Shown: positions 26,626 through 35,543 of the stretch, piece after piece
Layout of the letters: each line of letters begins with the position of its first letter
Numbering within the stretch: the first letter of the stretch is position 1
NCBI GenBank assembly: GCA_964538675.1
Contig: CAZIGM010000002.1
Coordinates: 2,870-66,869, forward strand
Source of the DNA: an uncultured Bacillaceae bacterium
GTDB lineage: Bacteria > Bacillota > Bacilli > Tepidibacillales > Tepidibacillaceae
DNA length: 64,000 nt
Direction of reading: 5' to 3'
Translations under genes and position numbers: made by a program
The notes under the pieces: generated by a model
Seen by the model: only the letters and a program-made list of their open reading frames with translations
Told to the model about the DNA's origin: nothing
The model's database searches: none

Positions 26626-28350
26626 TCAGTCTTTGAATTGCTTATATATTGGTTTTGGAAATTTGATTTTCAGTAAGGAGCGAAAAATTGGATTTTGAAT
26701 TAGATAATCCCCCTGTTCCAATCTGGTTAACATGTTTTTATATGTACTCGGTAAACTACCATAATCCTTAGTAGCAGTTTCAATAGAGTTTGTTCGACCA
26801 TATGCATGAGTGGAACAATTTCCAGTAACTCGCTGATGTATATTGGAACGGAACTGTTCCGCACCAAAAAGCACAATGCCCAGCGAGCGACCACGTTCTG
26901 TAACATCTAGAATTTCTCTCAAAATTGGCGATGTCTTTGGTGTCTCTTTCGAGGCGTATTTATTGAGTTCGTCAATGAATACAATGATTCTCGATGGTGG
27001 ATTAACACCATCTTCTCCGTCATATTCACCCAATTTTAAATTGTAAATTGTACGCACCGCATCACCAAATACAAATGCTTGTTTATCCTCTGGAAGTTTA
27101 GCAACATCAATAACACAAACCTCATTTTTACTTATATGTTTCAACGCATCTGCCAAACGGCATTCATGCTTGCTTGGGTCAGGACGGTTTGCAAACATAT
27201 CATCATTTTTAGTTGCTTTGTTGATAATACGTTTAAACTTTCTCCAACTGAGCACAGATATTTCATTAGAAACCCTTTGCTGACCTTTTGTTGAAGGTTG
27301 CGACCTTTGGGAAAGCTCGTTTACCTTATCTCTAAAGTCTTGCCATGTTACAATGTTTCCACCACCAAAATCAGGGTCCATATCATCAATAATTTTGCTG
27401 ATTATCGACTCCATTGTTTGTTGTGGGTCATCAACATCTGCAAACAGCATTTCAAGACTTTCTTTATCATCTTCATACGAATATTTGAACTTTTCAAGTT
27501 GTTGATAATCCATATATACCTTCACATCATCTACGCCAAGATAAGTACTTCTTTTTGCTGATGTATTGCTCGAAAACGGAATATAGTATTTGACGTTCTT
27601 AAACGGTTCTGTTGATAGTTTAAGAATTTCATAGTCAGCAAAAACCCTTTCTTTTTCGCCTGGTTTGTCGGCAATAAAGTCATTTGCTCTATCAATTGCC
27701 ATAAGATCTTTGCCTTTGACATTAAAAATAACAAATGCAACACTATCATCGGCATCATCAACTTTTATGTAATGGTCCTGAATAGCTTTCAACAGAAACA
27801 TAGCGTACGAAGTCTTTGATGCAAGTCCTGAAATACCTGAGATATTTAGATGTGCTCCCTCAGGACCCAATATGAATTTAGAGTTGAGATTCACCGGCAA
27901 TATAACCTCATCATTGGTTCCTTCATACATCTTCAGCGAACCACAAACAAGAGGATTCTGAACTTTATCAAGACCTAATGCCATAGTTATTTCTTCAGCT
28001 GTAGCAAGATATACTGGAGCATTATTATGAACAGGAGTATAAAGGTTTTTGTCGTTGAAAGATATTGCAGCTTCAGCATAGTTCATCCTTACACGTAAAG
28101 TCGATTCTTCTACATTAACATCCCCGAAGTCGCTGGAAATGAAATTTGTTAAAAAGCTCTGAGCATCGGTAATATGAGAGATATTTTCAATCACACCAAA
28201 TGAAAACGAGTTGTCAATATGCTTAACTTTAACAATGTCGAATGCATGAAGCTTCAAATCTGAGTCTGTCCAAAAATTAAACTTATCCATTGTAGTCGGC
28301 GTTTTTTCAATGGCAAGTACACGTCCTATAAGTTTGTTTTTACTATTCAT
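26626..28350 (-). CDS. HerA/FtsK-clade ATPase (HerA-like)
   Basis: 574 aa with an N-terminal HAS-barrel-like segment, a deviant P-loop NISGISGLASKTSY, Walker B IIVFIDELNKY and RGRSLGIVLFGAEQ. GGAGG RBS. Confidence 0.7.
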   Translation of the reverse strand: MNSKNKLIGRVLAIEKTPTTMDKFNFWTDSDLKLHAFDIVKVKHIDNSFSFGVIENISHITDAQSFLTNFISSDFGDVNVEESTLRVRMNYAEAAISFNDKNLYTPVHNNAPVYLATAEEITMALGLDKVQNPLVCGSLKMYEGTNDEVILPVNLNSKFILGPEGAHLNISGISGLASKTSYAMFLLKAIQDHYIKVDDADDSVAFVIFNVKGKDLMAIDRANDFIADKPGEKERVFADYEILKLSTEPFKNVKYYIPFSSNTSAKRSTYLGVDDVKVYMDYQQLEKFKYSYEDDKESLEMLFADVDDPQQTMESIISKIIDDMDPDFGGGNIVTWQDFRDKVNELSQRSQPSTKGQQRVSNEISVLSWRKFKRIINKATKNDDMFANRPDPSKHECRLADALKHISKNEVCVIDVAKLPEDKQAFVFGDAVRTIYNLKLGEYDGEDGVNPPSRIIVFIDELNKYASKETPKTSPILREILDVTERGRSLGIVLFGAEQFRSNIHQRVTGNCSTHAYGRTNSIETATKDYGSLPSTYKNMLTRLEQGDYLIQNPIFRSLLKIKFPKPIYKQFKD

Positions 28351-28365
28351 TATTTTTACTCCTCC

Positions 28366-29532
28366 TTAAAATAGATGCAGAAAACTTTCTGTACTCAAAT
28401 ATTTTGACTTCACAAAAGACTCAGTAAGATATATAGGATAGATGTGATTCGCCCAACGCAAATCCGAACCATAGCAAACCGGATTACGTTCGTTTATCAG
28501 GTACGCACTAAGCACATCTACAAGGTCACTATCTATGCCATTATCGACATCTTCTTGCGTCACAAGTATTTTTTCTACTTTCAATATTCCATCAAAAGGA
28601 GTTCGAGTCCGTTTCTTATCCCTAAGCCGAATGTACCACACCGCAAACTGGATATCATTACCCAAAAAATCACTAACAAAACAGGCCACAGGCGTACGGT
28701 GATACAGTGGTAAGTCAGCAATAAATCCAGGATTTGATTTCCCATTAATATCCAAACATGTTTCTGGGTTAAAATTCTTTGAGACCCCTAGTACCCAACT
28801 GTAATTGTTTTTGAACATCTGGTATTTCCTTTTATCGGCCTTGTCCTCTTTGGTTGGCTTATATTCAAGCGAACCATCTTTAACCAAATAGTTATTTTGG
28901 TTTAACTTGCCCTCACGAACAAGCTCGGCGACCAGTTCTTTTTCACGTTCTATCATACGGTCTTGGATACACGCAGTTCCCCTATCTTCAAACTTCTTGT
29001 CTGTATTTTTTGCTGTTTTATATGGCAATATCGTAGAAAACACTATACCTACCCGTTTTAACTCTGCACACTCATTTAGCTTTTTGGCTGTTGCATTAAA
29101 AAAACCCGGTATCCCATCGGCATCAGCAATATCTGGCAATGACAATACTATCTCTCGTTTGAACTTCTCTGGAATGACTGTTTTATTAACTCTACGACAA
29201 CAGCCAACTCCAATTTGTCCAGCGATTACAGGATAAATTACACTTCTGCCATTAGACACTTTATAGGCAATATCATCAACTTTAAACACCCTACGAGAAC
29301 CATCTAAAAAATAAGCGAGTAACTGCTCATCCCTTGCCGCAAGTTTTTTTCTTAAATCTTCAAGAGAAATATATTTGCGGTGTGGAGTGGTTTCAGCTGT
29401 CTTTTTCCAGATGATCGAATTATCTCCATAATCTATAAATGGGCGTTCAACGTAATCTAGTCCATATTTATGAGCCTTATAGCTTTTACCTCCAGTTTCT
29501 CTCGCCAAGACAGTCATTATTTTATCTGCCAT
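28366..29532 (-). CDS. NurA-like RNase-H-fold nuclease
   Basis: 388 aa from ATG 29532, with AGGAGG 6 nt upstream. The ORF-track start at 29619 has no RBS. Motifs are FLDGSRR, IEREKE and LVKDGSLEY. It sits immediately upstream of the HerA-like gene. Confidence 0.6.
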   Translation of the reverse strand: MADKIMTVLARETGGKSYKAHKYGLDYVERPFIDYGDNSIIWKKTAETTPHRKYISLEDLRKKLAARDEQLLAYFLDGSRRVFKVDDIAYKVSNGRSVIYPVIAGQIGVGCCRRVNKTVIPEKFKREIVLSLPDIADADGIPGFFNATAKKLNECAELKRVGIVFSTILPYKTAKNTDKKFEDRGTACIQDRMIEREKELVAELVREGKLNQNNYLVKDGSLEYKPTKEDKADKRKYQMFKNNYSWVLGVSKNFNPETCLDINGKSNPGFIADLPLYHRTPVACFVSDFLGNDIQFAVWYIRLRDKKRTRTPFDGILKVEKILVTQEDVDNGIDSDLVDVLSAYLINERNPVCYGSDLRWANHIYPIYLTESFVKSKYLSTESFLHLF

Positions 29533-29556
29533 GTATTTCCTCCTATGATTGACATA

Positions 29557-29585
29557 ATTATCATTTTTTGACGAATAGGTGTCGA
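29557..29585 (-). promoter_or_regulatory. candidate sigma-A promoter of the five-gene operon (TCGACA-17 nt-GATAAT)
   Basis: Read on the minus strand, about 25-50 nt upstream of the NurA-like start. A TG lies one nt before the -10. Confidence 0.35.
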
Positions 29586-30245
29586 GTAAAAAACTTACAT
29601 TTGTAAACCCGTACACCAATACTAATTAATTTATCAATTGTAGTGATTTTAGACATATCACTATTTCTTTTATCACCATGCTACCTATGTCATCGCTCAT
29701 GATGAATTCAATCATATTCACACTGCTATAATCCCCAGTTGTCCAAATATCATTTTTGCAATAATAACCTTACACTAACCGCAGTTAGAAATTATATAGC
29801 GAAACAAAGAAGCTTTCATACCGTCTGTAGCGCCGCACTCTTTCAACGACAAAATCTACGAATCAAGGAACAGCATCTAGGCGCATATTCCCCTCGCACT
29901 TCTAAAAATTTCATAATAGTAGGCGCCATGGACATATATAAAAAGGCATGATGGCCCTTGCATTCATTCAGTTTTTGCTTTCCATATTATCACCGCATCA
30001 AAGGTATCCTTCGAAATACTTGCTATTATACAATTTGGAAGGCAATTCTAACAATTAGTGTAAATATAACATATTTATTCACGATTATAAATTTAAAAAT
30101 TACGAAAACGCGAACATTATTTTAAAATAATCAAAAGACTAATAATACGCACCAATTTTACATCTATCCCATTTCCTCAAGATCATGCATGTTATCTAAT
30201 ATGCCAACTCAAACCCCACTTCATTTTACGGTCCTTTTTCTTTCC

Positions 30246-30557
30246 CTAGATATATTCTCTCAAACGAATTTTAGCACTTTGGGGAAAATAGACAAAATGA
30301 ATAAATCCAACAAACCAAATAAAATTAGGGCTAACTTTCTTTGTTTTAATCTCTAGTTTTTTTAGCACTAATAATTTATCTTTTATATTCTTTTTTTTTA
30401 TTATTGGATTTCCATTCTCGTATCTAACCCTATGATAAATATTCGTTATATTATTTAATTCATTTATTATTTGAATATGCTGTATATTTATCATTCCACT
30501 TATTTCATTAGACATATTTATATTATTAATTTCTATCTGTCTAGTTTTTTTTACCAT
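30246..30557 (-). pseudogene. fragment paralogous to the C-terminus of the DUF4129 protein (33155-34387)
   Basis: EINNINMSNEISGMINIQHIQIINELNNITNIYHRVRYENGNPIIKKK aligns with IDINNSVTSSDIRREINIKHPNVSNEINEITDIYQKIRYGNENPTISKK. The TM-rich N-terminal part is missing. Confidence 0.55.
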
Positions 30558-30842
30558 ATTTCCATTGTATACATAATTTAAATATCTATCTACGTTTTGA
30601 ATCTATTGATTCTACTTTTTGATAGAAGTCCACATAAAAAAATGTAAAATTAAGCTTAAATAATTTACTTTTTCTATTAAATTTGTCTTTATTTTATATT
30701 GTAGAAGTTATTCCAATATTTTTTATCTTAAGATTAAGATAATTATTCCATTTAATTATAACCCTCCAATTACTCCGTATGGATATTTAGTAATGAAAAT
30801 AATAAGTTATAAAAACATTCTAAAAAGAGAGGAGCCGATTTT

Positions 30843-31004
30843 ATGAGTGCACAAGTTAATTGTCCAAAATATATTGCTGGTGAATTAAAAAAATTCAAAT
30901 CTTTTAAAAGGGTAGCCAAATTCTACCCCGAGCTCAATTCTGAATTTGATAAAAGAACGAAGTGTTTTATAGATTGTAATTTCACTTTGACACATTTACT
31001 ATAA
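30843..31004 (+). CDS. small hypothetical ORF (53 aa)
   Basis: ATG lies 7 nt after AGAGAGGAG. It is Cys-containing and basic. There is no family recognition and it is below the ORF-track length cutoff. Confidence 0.25.
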   Translation: MSAQVNCPKYIAGELKKFKSFKRVAKFYPELNSEFDKRTKCFIDCNFTLTHLL

Positions 31005-31029
31005 TGCTTTATTTTTTTATTTAAGTACT

Positions 31030-31260
31030 CTAATCCACTGTAATATTCTTTAATTTCCCATCTTTCTTTTCATCTACTGGCTTCTTCTCTAAATATTCTC
31101 CTGATATAGTATGAATGGCTTTGATGAACTCGTCTTGATGTTCTTTTATATTTGTTCTAACAGGTTCAGGCATTTCTTCTAAGATAACATCTGCTATTCT
31201 TAATTTAATTCGAAGTAAATTGATTATCATTTCTTCATTTATCATTAGTTTTACCTCCAA
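31030..31260 (-). CDS. small hypothetical protein downstream of ArsA-like gene
   Basis: 76-aa ORF overlapping the ArsA-like stop. No recognisable motif. Confidence 0.4.
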   Translation of the reverse strand: MEVKLMINEEMIINLLRIKLRIADVILEEMPEPVRTNIKEHQDEFIKAIHTISGEYLEKKPVDEKKDGKLKNITVD

Positions 31261-32413
31261 ACCTTATTAATAACCTTTCATCCTCAAGCTTAGCACCTTT
31301 TATACTTAAGGAAGTTAATGTTCTTGGTAAGGAAATATTTCTTTTGACTTTACCTGCCTTAATAATTAACTCATCACCTTTTTGGTTTAAATCTAAATCT
31401 TCCTTACTAATAAATGGCATGTATAGTGAGAAGATATAATCTTCATTATCTTTAATCACTTCCTGAGTTCTTATATTATATTTAATCTCATTAGGATCTT
31501 CGTCTTTAAATATTTCATTCCCCATTTTTTGTAGCATCTTTATGCCTACAACTTCTTGTTCAAATAATGGAGCATAATATATTGGTAATGGTGAAAAGTT
31601 GTTTTTTATTGTCTCTATATATTCCTTTTGGATATCCTTCCATGCCTTAAAATAATCATCTGTTACACTATTAGGTAATACCTTATTTATAACTATTGCA
31701 TCAATATTGAAGTTATATATATTAAGATAAGTAAAGCTTCTCTGAGCCTCTTTAATTACCATTTTCTCTGGATTTACTACAATTCTTATACTAGCCACTT
31801 CTTTATTTGAAAAAAGATTTCTCATCTCGTCTAACTGTTGATAGATATTCTCTATTTCTCCCATAACACCATCAGAAGGCATTGGAATCCCAGTTAACGG
31901 TTGAATGACTGGTTTAATCAATTTAATTGCTTTTCTTTTCATCGGAAATAATTTTTCCATCCACCAGCGAAGCATATCTGGAAAACTTAGTAGTGCCAAT
32001 GTTTCCCCTGTTGGAGCTGAATCAATAATTATTACATCATATGTGTTTTCTTTATAGTACTTAAGTATTCTAATAAGACTTAATAAATCTTCTAAACCAG
32101 GAAACATCGTTAATTCTTCTGTTGTAATATCCTTAATAGTTTTTGATGTAAAAAGAGCTGTTAAGTATTCTTGTATTTTACCCCAACCTTTTTCTACTTC
32201 ATAAGTTGGATCTATTTCTTGTGCCCATAAGTTCTCTTTAATTTCTATTGGTTCAGCTGTCAATTTAAGATCAAAAGAATCACCTAAGCTATGAGCTGGA
32301 TCAGTGCTAACAATTAAAGTTTTTAACCCTTTCTTAGCACTTTGAACAGCAGATGCTGCTGCTATGCTTGTTTTACCAACTCCACCTTTACCTGTGTATA
32401 AAATAATTCTCAT
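31235..32413 (-). CDS. ArsA/GET3-family ATPase with C-terminal HSP20-like domain
   Basis: Deviant Walker A GKGGVGKTS, a DTAPTG-like IDSAPTGE, and a C-terminal beta-rich tail (DELIIKAGKVKRNISLP). Confidence 0.8.
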   Translation of the reverse strand: MRIILYTGKGGVGKTSIAAASAVQSAKKGLKTLIVSTDPAHSLGDSFDLKLTAEPIEIKENLWAQEIDPTYEVEKGWGKIQEYLTALFTSKTIKDITTEELTMFPGLEDLLSLIRILKYYKENTYDVIIIDSAPTGETLALLSFPDMLRWWMEKLFPMKRKAIKLIKPVIQPLTGIPMPSDGVMGEIENIYQQLDEMRNLFSNKEVASIRIVVNPEKMVIKEAQRSFTYLNIYNFNIDAIVINKVLPNSVTDDYFKAWKDIQKEYIETIKNNFSPLPIYYAPLFEQEVVGIKMLQKMGNEIFKDEDPNEIKYNIRTQEVIKDNEDYIFSLYMPFISKEDLDLNQKGDELIIKAGKVKRNISLPRTLTSLSIKGAKLEDERLLIRFGGKTNDK

Positions 32414-32520
32414 AAATTCTCCTCCTTTAATTTATCTTTCGTATATTACGACAGTCATAATATACGGTTAAATCTAAGCCCATCTTAGGATGGGCACTCG
32501 AGCTGTAAAATCTGAACGTT

Positions 32521-33012
32521 CTATTCTATATTAATTTTATTAATTTGTATCTTTTCTTCGTTTTTATTTTCTTCTGTTTTTTCTGAATTGATAACATTTA
32601 CTACCTTAATAAATATATTGATTAATGTTTTCTTTTCATCCTCTGTTAAAACGTTTTCAACCAGATTAATATATTTAAATATTTTATCTTTTATATCATT
32701 AATTAATAATGAACCTTCATCTGTAAGACTTATAACTACTATCCTTCTATCTATTTCGTGGCGCTCTCTTTTTAATAAGTCTTTTTTAACAAGTCTGTCA
32801 ATAATACTTGTAGCTGTGCTCATAGGAACATTAATATAGTCAGCGATTTGGCTCATTATTATTCCCTTATTACGATCAACCATCAACATAGCAATTAATT
32901 CAGATTTAGATAATTGCAAATCAATGTTTATCCACTCTTCCGGATATAAAATTTTTTTAGCATTTTCTAAGAAAAAATCAAAAAGATTATTATTAGACAT
33001 AAATTTCATCAC
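32521..33012 (-). CDS. MarR-family transcriptional regulator
   Basis: 163 aa with a winged HTH (MSQIADYINVPMSTATSIIDRLVKKDLLKRERHEIDRR). Confidence 0.8.
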   Translation of the reverse strand: MMKFMSNNNLFDFFLENAKKILYPEEWINIDLQLSKSELIAMLMVDRNKGIIMSQIADYINVPMSTATSIIDRLVKKDLLKRERHEIDRRIVVISLTDEGSLLINDIKDKIFKYINLVENVLTEDEKKTLINIFIKVVNVINSEKTEENKNEEKIQINKINIE

Positions 33013-33154
33013 CTGTATATTTCATGTTTCGTATTAATTATACAATACATTCTTTTGAATAAAATGTCAATCTTTATTCTTGTACCTATTGCTTTTATAA
33101 TTTTTAATGCTAGTGGATAAATATTCTCTTGTATATACTTGATTAACTTTTATT

Positions 33155-34387
33155 CTAATTTTTAATCTTTTTAACACTATTGATTAATTCCTTATATTCT
33201 TTTTTAGATATTGTTGGATTTTCGTTTCCGTATCTAATTTTCTGATAGATATCAGTTATTTCATTTATCTCATTGCTTACATTAGGGTGTTTTATATTAA
33301 TCTCTCTTCTTATATCACTAGAAGTGACTGAATTATTAATATCTATTTGTTTGGATTTCTTAAGCCAAAGTAAAAACCTTTGATAGCTTTTACGGTGAAA
33401 ATCAGAAGAAGTAAACCTTTTTCTTTTCTTCTTATCTTCTATTTCATAAGAATATTGAATAACTTCATTAATAGTTCCATTCTCATTTGTGGAATTAAAA
33501 TCAATTTTTTTAATAGATTTATATATTAAAAATACTGCAGCAATAATAACCAAACCGATTACTACTGTTTCTATATTCCTCCACATTTCCTCATTATATG
33601 TAGAGTTGATTAAATCATTATCTACATCTTGTTCCGTTGGTTCTATTTTTGATAAAAATTCACTTATATTATCCTCTGATTGTGGAAATTCTAGTTCCTT
33701 AAAACTAAAAATAAAATTACCTATTAAAATAAAAATATAGTATAAAACATCTTTGAAAAAGGAGAATAAGGCTAGAACACTATCCTTAATAAAGTTAAAC
33801 AAAAGTAGAAAAATAGCTAACCCAGATATAACAAATATAAAGATATATCTTAGGCTTTTTCTTAATTCTAAAGAGATAGTTGAGTCTTTTAGATATATAA
33901 ATAATCCACCAAATAAATATAAGCAAATAAGGATTACATATGAAATAAGCACCCAAGTATTATCAATTTGATAATTATTGAATGAATTAAAAAGAAAGAA
34001 CAAAAACGAAGCGACAAGATAAAAATATATTCTATATAAAAAAATATTATTGTTTATTAATCTTACTTCTTCTTCTTTTTTAAAAGTTAAAACTAAAAGT
34101 AAAAGAATTATCACCCAGGAAATTGGAGAATAGTTCAACGACCATACACCATAAATAGTAAGAACAGCAAGCAACAAATAAAAAAACTTGCTAGCATTTT
34201 CTTTAAAAATAATAAATGTTAGTGAGAAAAGAAAAAAAATTAACCATAAAAAATATACTGATAATGTAAAATAAGTTTTAAAGAAAATTGGGAAAGTTAA
34301 AGTCAAAATCATATAAATAATATAGCTGTCTATCATATATAAAATCCATCTAGGTAGCTGATTTATAGAGAACGCCCATATCTTCAT
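33155..34387 (-). CDS. polytopic membrane protein with C-terminal DUF4129-like domain
   Basis: 410 aa and TM-rich, with a C-terminal ...IYQKIRYGN... block. Third gene of the MoxR-DUF58 operon. Confidence 0.55.
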   Translation of the reverse strand: MKIWAFSINQLPRWILYMIDSYIIYMILTLTFPIFFKTYFTLSVYFLWLIFFLFSLTFIIFKENASKFFYLLLAVLTIYGVWSLNYSPISWVIILLLLVLTFKKEEEVRLINNNIFLYRIYFYLVASFLFFLFNSFNNYQIDNTWVLISYVILICLYLFGGLFIYLKDSTISLELRKSLRYIFIFVISGLAIFLLLFNFIKDSVLALFSFFKDVLYYIFILIGNFIFSFKELEFPQSEDNISEFLSKIEPTEQDVDNDLINSTYNEEMWRNIETVVIGLVIIAAVFLIYKSIKKIDFNSTNENGTINEVIQYSYEIEDKKKRKRFTSSDFHRKSYQRFLLWLKKSKQIDINNSVTSSDIRREINIKHPNVSNEINEITDIYQKIRYGNENPTISKKEYKELINSVKKIKN

Positions 34388-35543
34388 TGGCTTCTACCCC
34401 CTCGTTTAATGGATTTATATATATTACTTTATATCCCTCTCTTTTTAATAATGATATTTGTTGTTTTACTTCTTGTGACAGATAAGTACTTACCAAAATA
34501 ATTGTAGGCTTTGTTAAGCCAATATCTTTTTTTACATATTTTAAAGTATGAATATAGTTAACACTTATATAGCTTTTTAACTTTGCTAGTTGATAGAGAA
34601 CATTCTCCAAATCTTTTTTTCTCTTTGCCGATAATTTATATAGATTATTAGATCTTACCAATTTAGCATTCATTAATATATTATAGGAAATATTATTACT
34701 AGAGAATAAATATGCTAATGAAGCAGTTGCAGAAATTACTTGTTCCACTTCATCCTCATCTGTCCCCATCCATGTCTTATCATTAGTTTTTAGATTAGAT
34801 AATATCCACAATTCTTTGTGTGTGGTGAATTCATATTGTTTTGTAAACAATTTATTGTATTTGCCAGTTGCCTTCCAATCTATCTTAGTGAATGGATCTG
34901 ATTGTATATACTCTCTAGCTCCTTTTGGTAAAATTCTATCCTCTATAAGTGCTTTATTAGATTTTTTACTACCATATAATTGATTGAAAAATTGATTTAT
35001 ATTATTAATAGCATATATATTAGGATAGATGCCGATTTCTTTATATTTAACTTTATTAAATATTTTATTGTTTAAGTTAAATGGATCAGAAATATTAAGC
35101 TTTAAATCTCCTATAAAATAGTTTCCTCTTTTATTAGCTATACAATTAATTTTCTTAGTTATTCTTGTTTTTGGAGGAACACTGAAATTCAATTTATAAA
35201 AATTATAGTACCCTTCATTTCTGATAAGCTTTAATTCTTCTAGTATATTAATATTACGATGAAAAGAAACTATTAACTCAATGTTTGGATAAGGAAGTAT
35301 AGATTTATTTTCAATTGAATAAGTTATTTCAAAAGGTTTTTCCTTAAAACTAGCATTTCTTTTACTAGTCATCGTTACTGATAGATTTTTATACGCACTA
35401 TTAATCCATAAAATACTTATATATAAGATAACAATAATAAATAAACCTAGTCCCAATAGTATAGCTTCATTATAAAGAAAGCCTAAGATTAAAAATATTA
35501 TTCCTATAGGAAATAGTATATTATATCTCATATAATCACCCAA
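34350..35543 (-). CDS. DUF58 domain protein
   Basis: 397 aa with an N-terminal TM hairpin and a DPFxxIDWKATGK-like motif (SDPFTKIDWKATGKYNKLFTKQYE). Confidence 0.7.
   Translation of the reverse strand: MGDYMRYNILFPIGIIFLILGFLYNEAILLGLGLFIIVILYISILWINSAYKNLSVTMTSKRNASFKEKPFEITYSIENKSILPYPNIELIVSFHRNINILEELKLIRNEGYYNFYKLNFSVPPKTRITKKINCIANKRGNYFIGDLKLNISDPFNLNNKIFNKVKYKEIGIYPNIYAINNINQFFNQLYGSKKSNKALIEDRILPKGAREYIQSDPFTKIDWKATGKYNKLFTKQYEFTTHKELWILSNLKTNDKTWMGTDEDEVEQVISATASLAYLFSSNNISYNILMNAKLVRSNNLYKLSAKRKKDLENVLYQLAKLKSYISVNYIHTLKYVKKDIGLTKPTIILVSTYLSQEVKQQISLLKREGYKVIYINPLNEGVEANEDMGVLYKSAT

Noticed and set aside
22515-29236. Fifteen short ORFs overlapping the island genes, on either strand (for example 22515-22832, 23229-23636, 25664-26008, 27298-27561, 28907-29236)
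   Set aside because: All are embedded in, or overlap, much longer motif-bearing genes. They lack RBSs and have low-complexity or hydrophobic translations typical of shadow frames.
29739-29951. 70-aa plus-strand ORF upstream of the operon
   Set aside because: It has a non-ATG start in the track, no RBS and no recognisable motif. It lies antisense to the probable operon promoter region.
20900-30600. Prophage or integrative element with intact mobility genes
   Set aside because: No integrase, recombinase, excisionase, capsid or tail genes are present, and there is no tRNA or clear att direct repeats. Only a transposase tail fragment is present.
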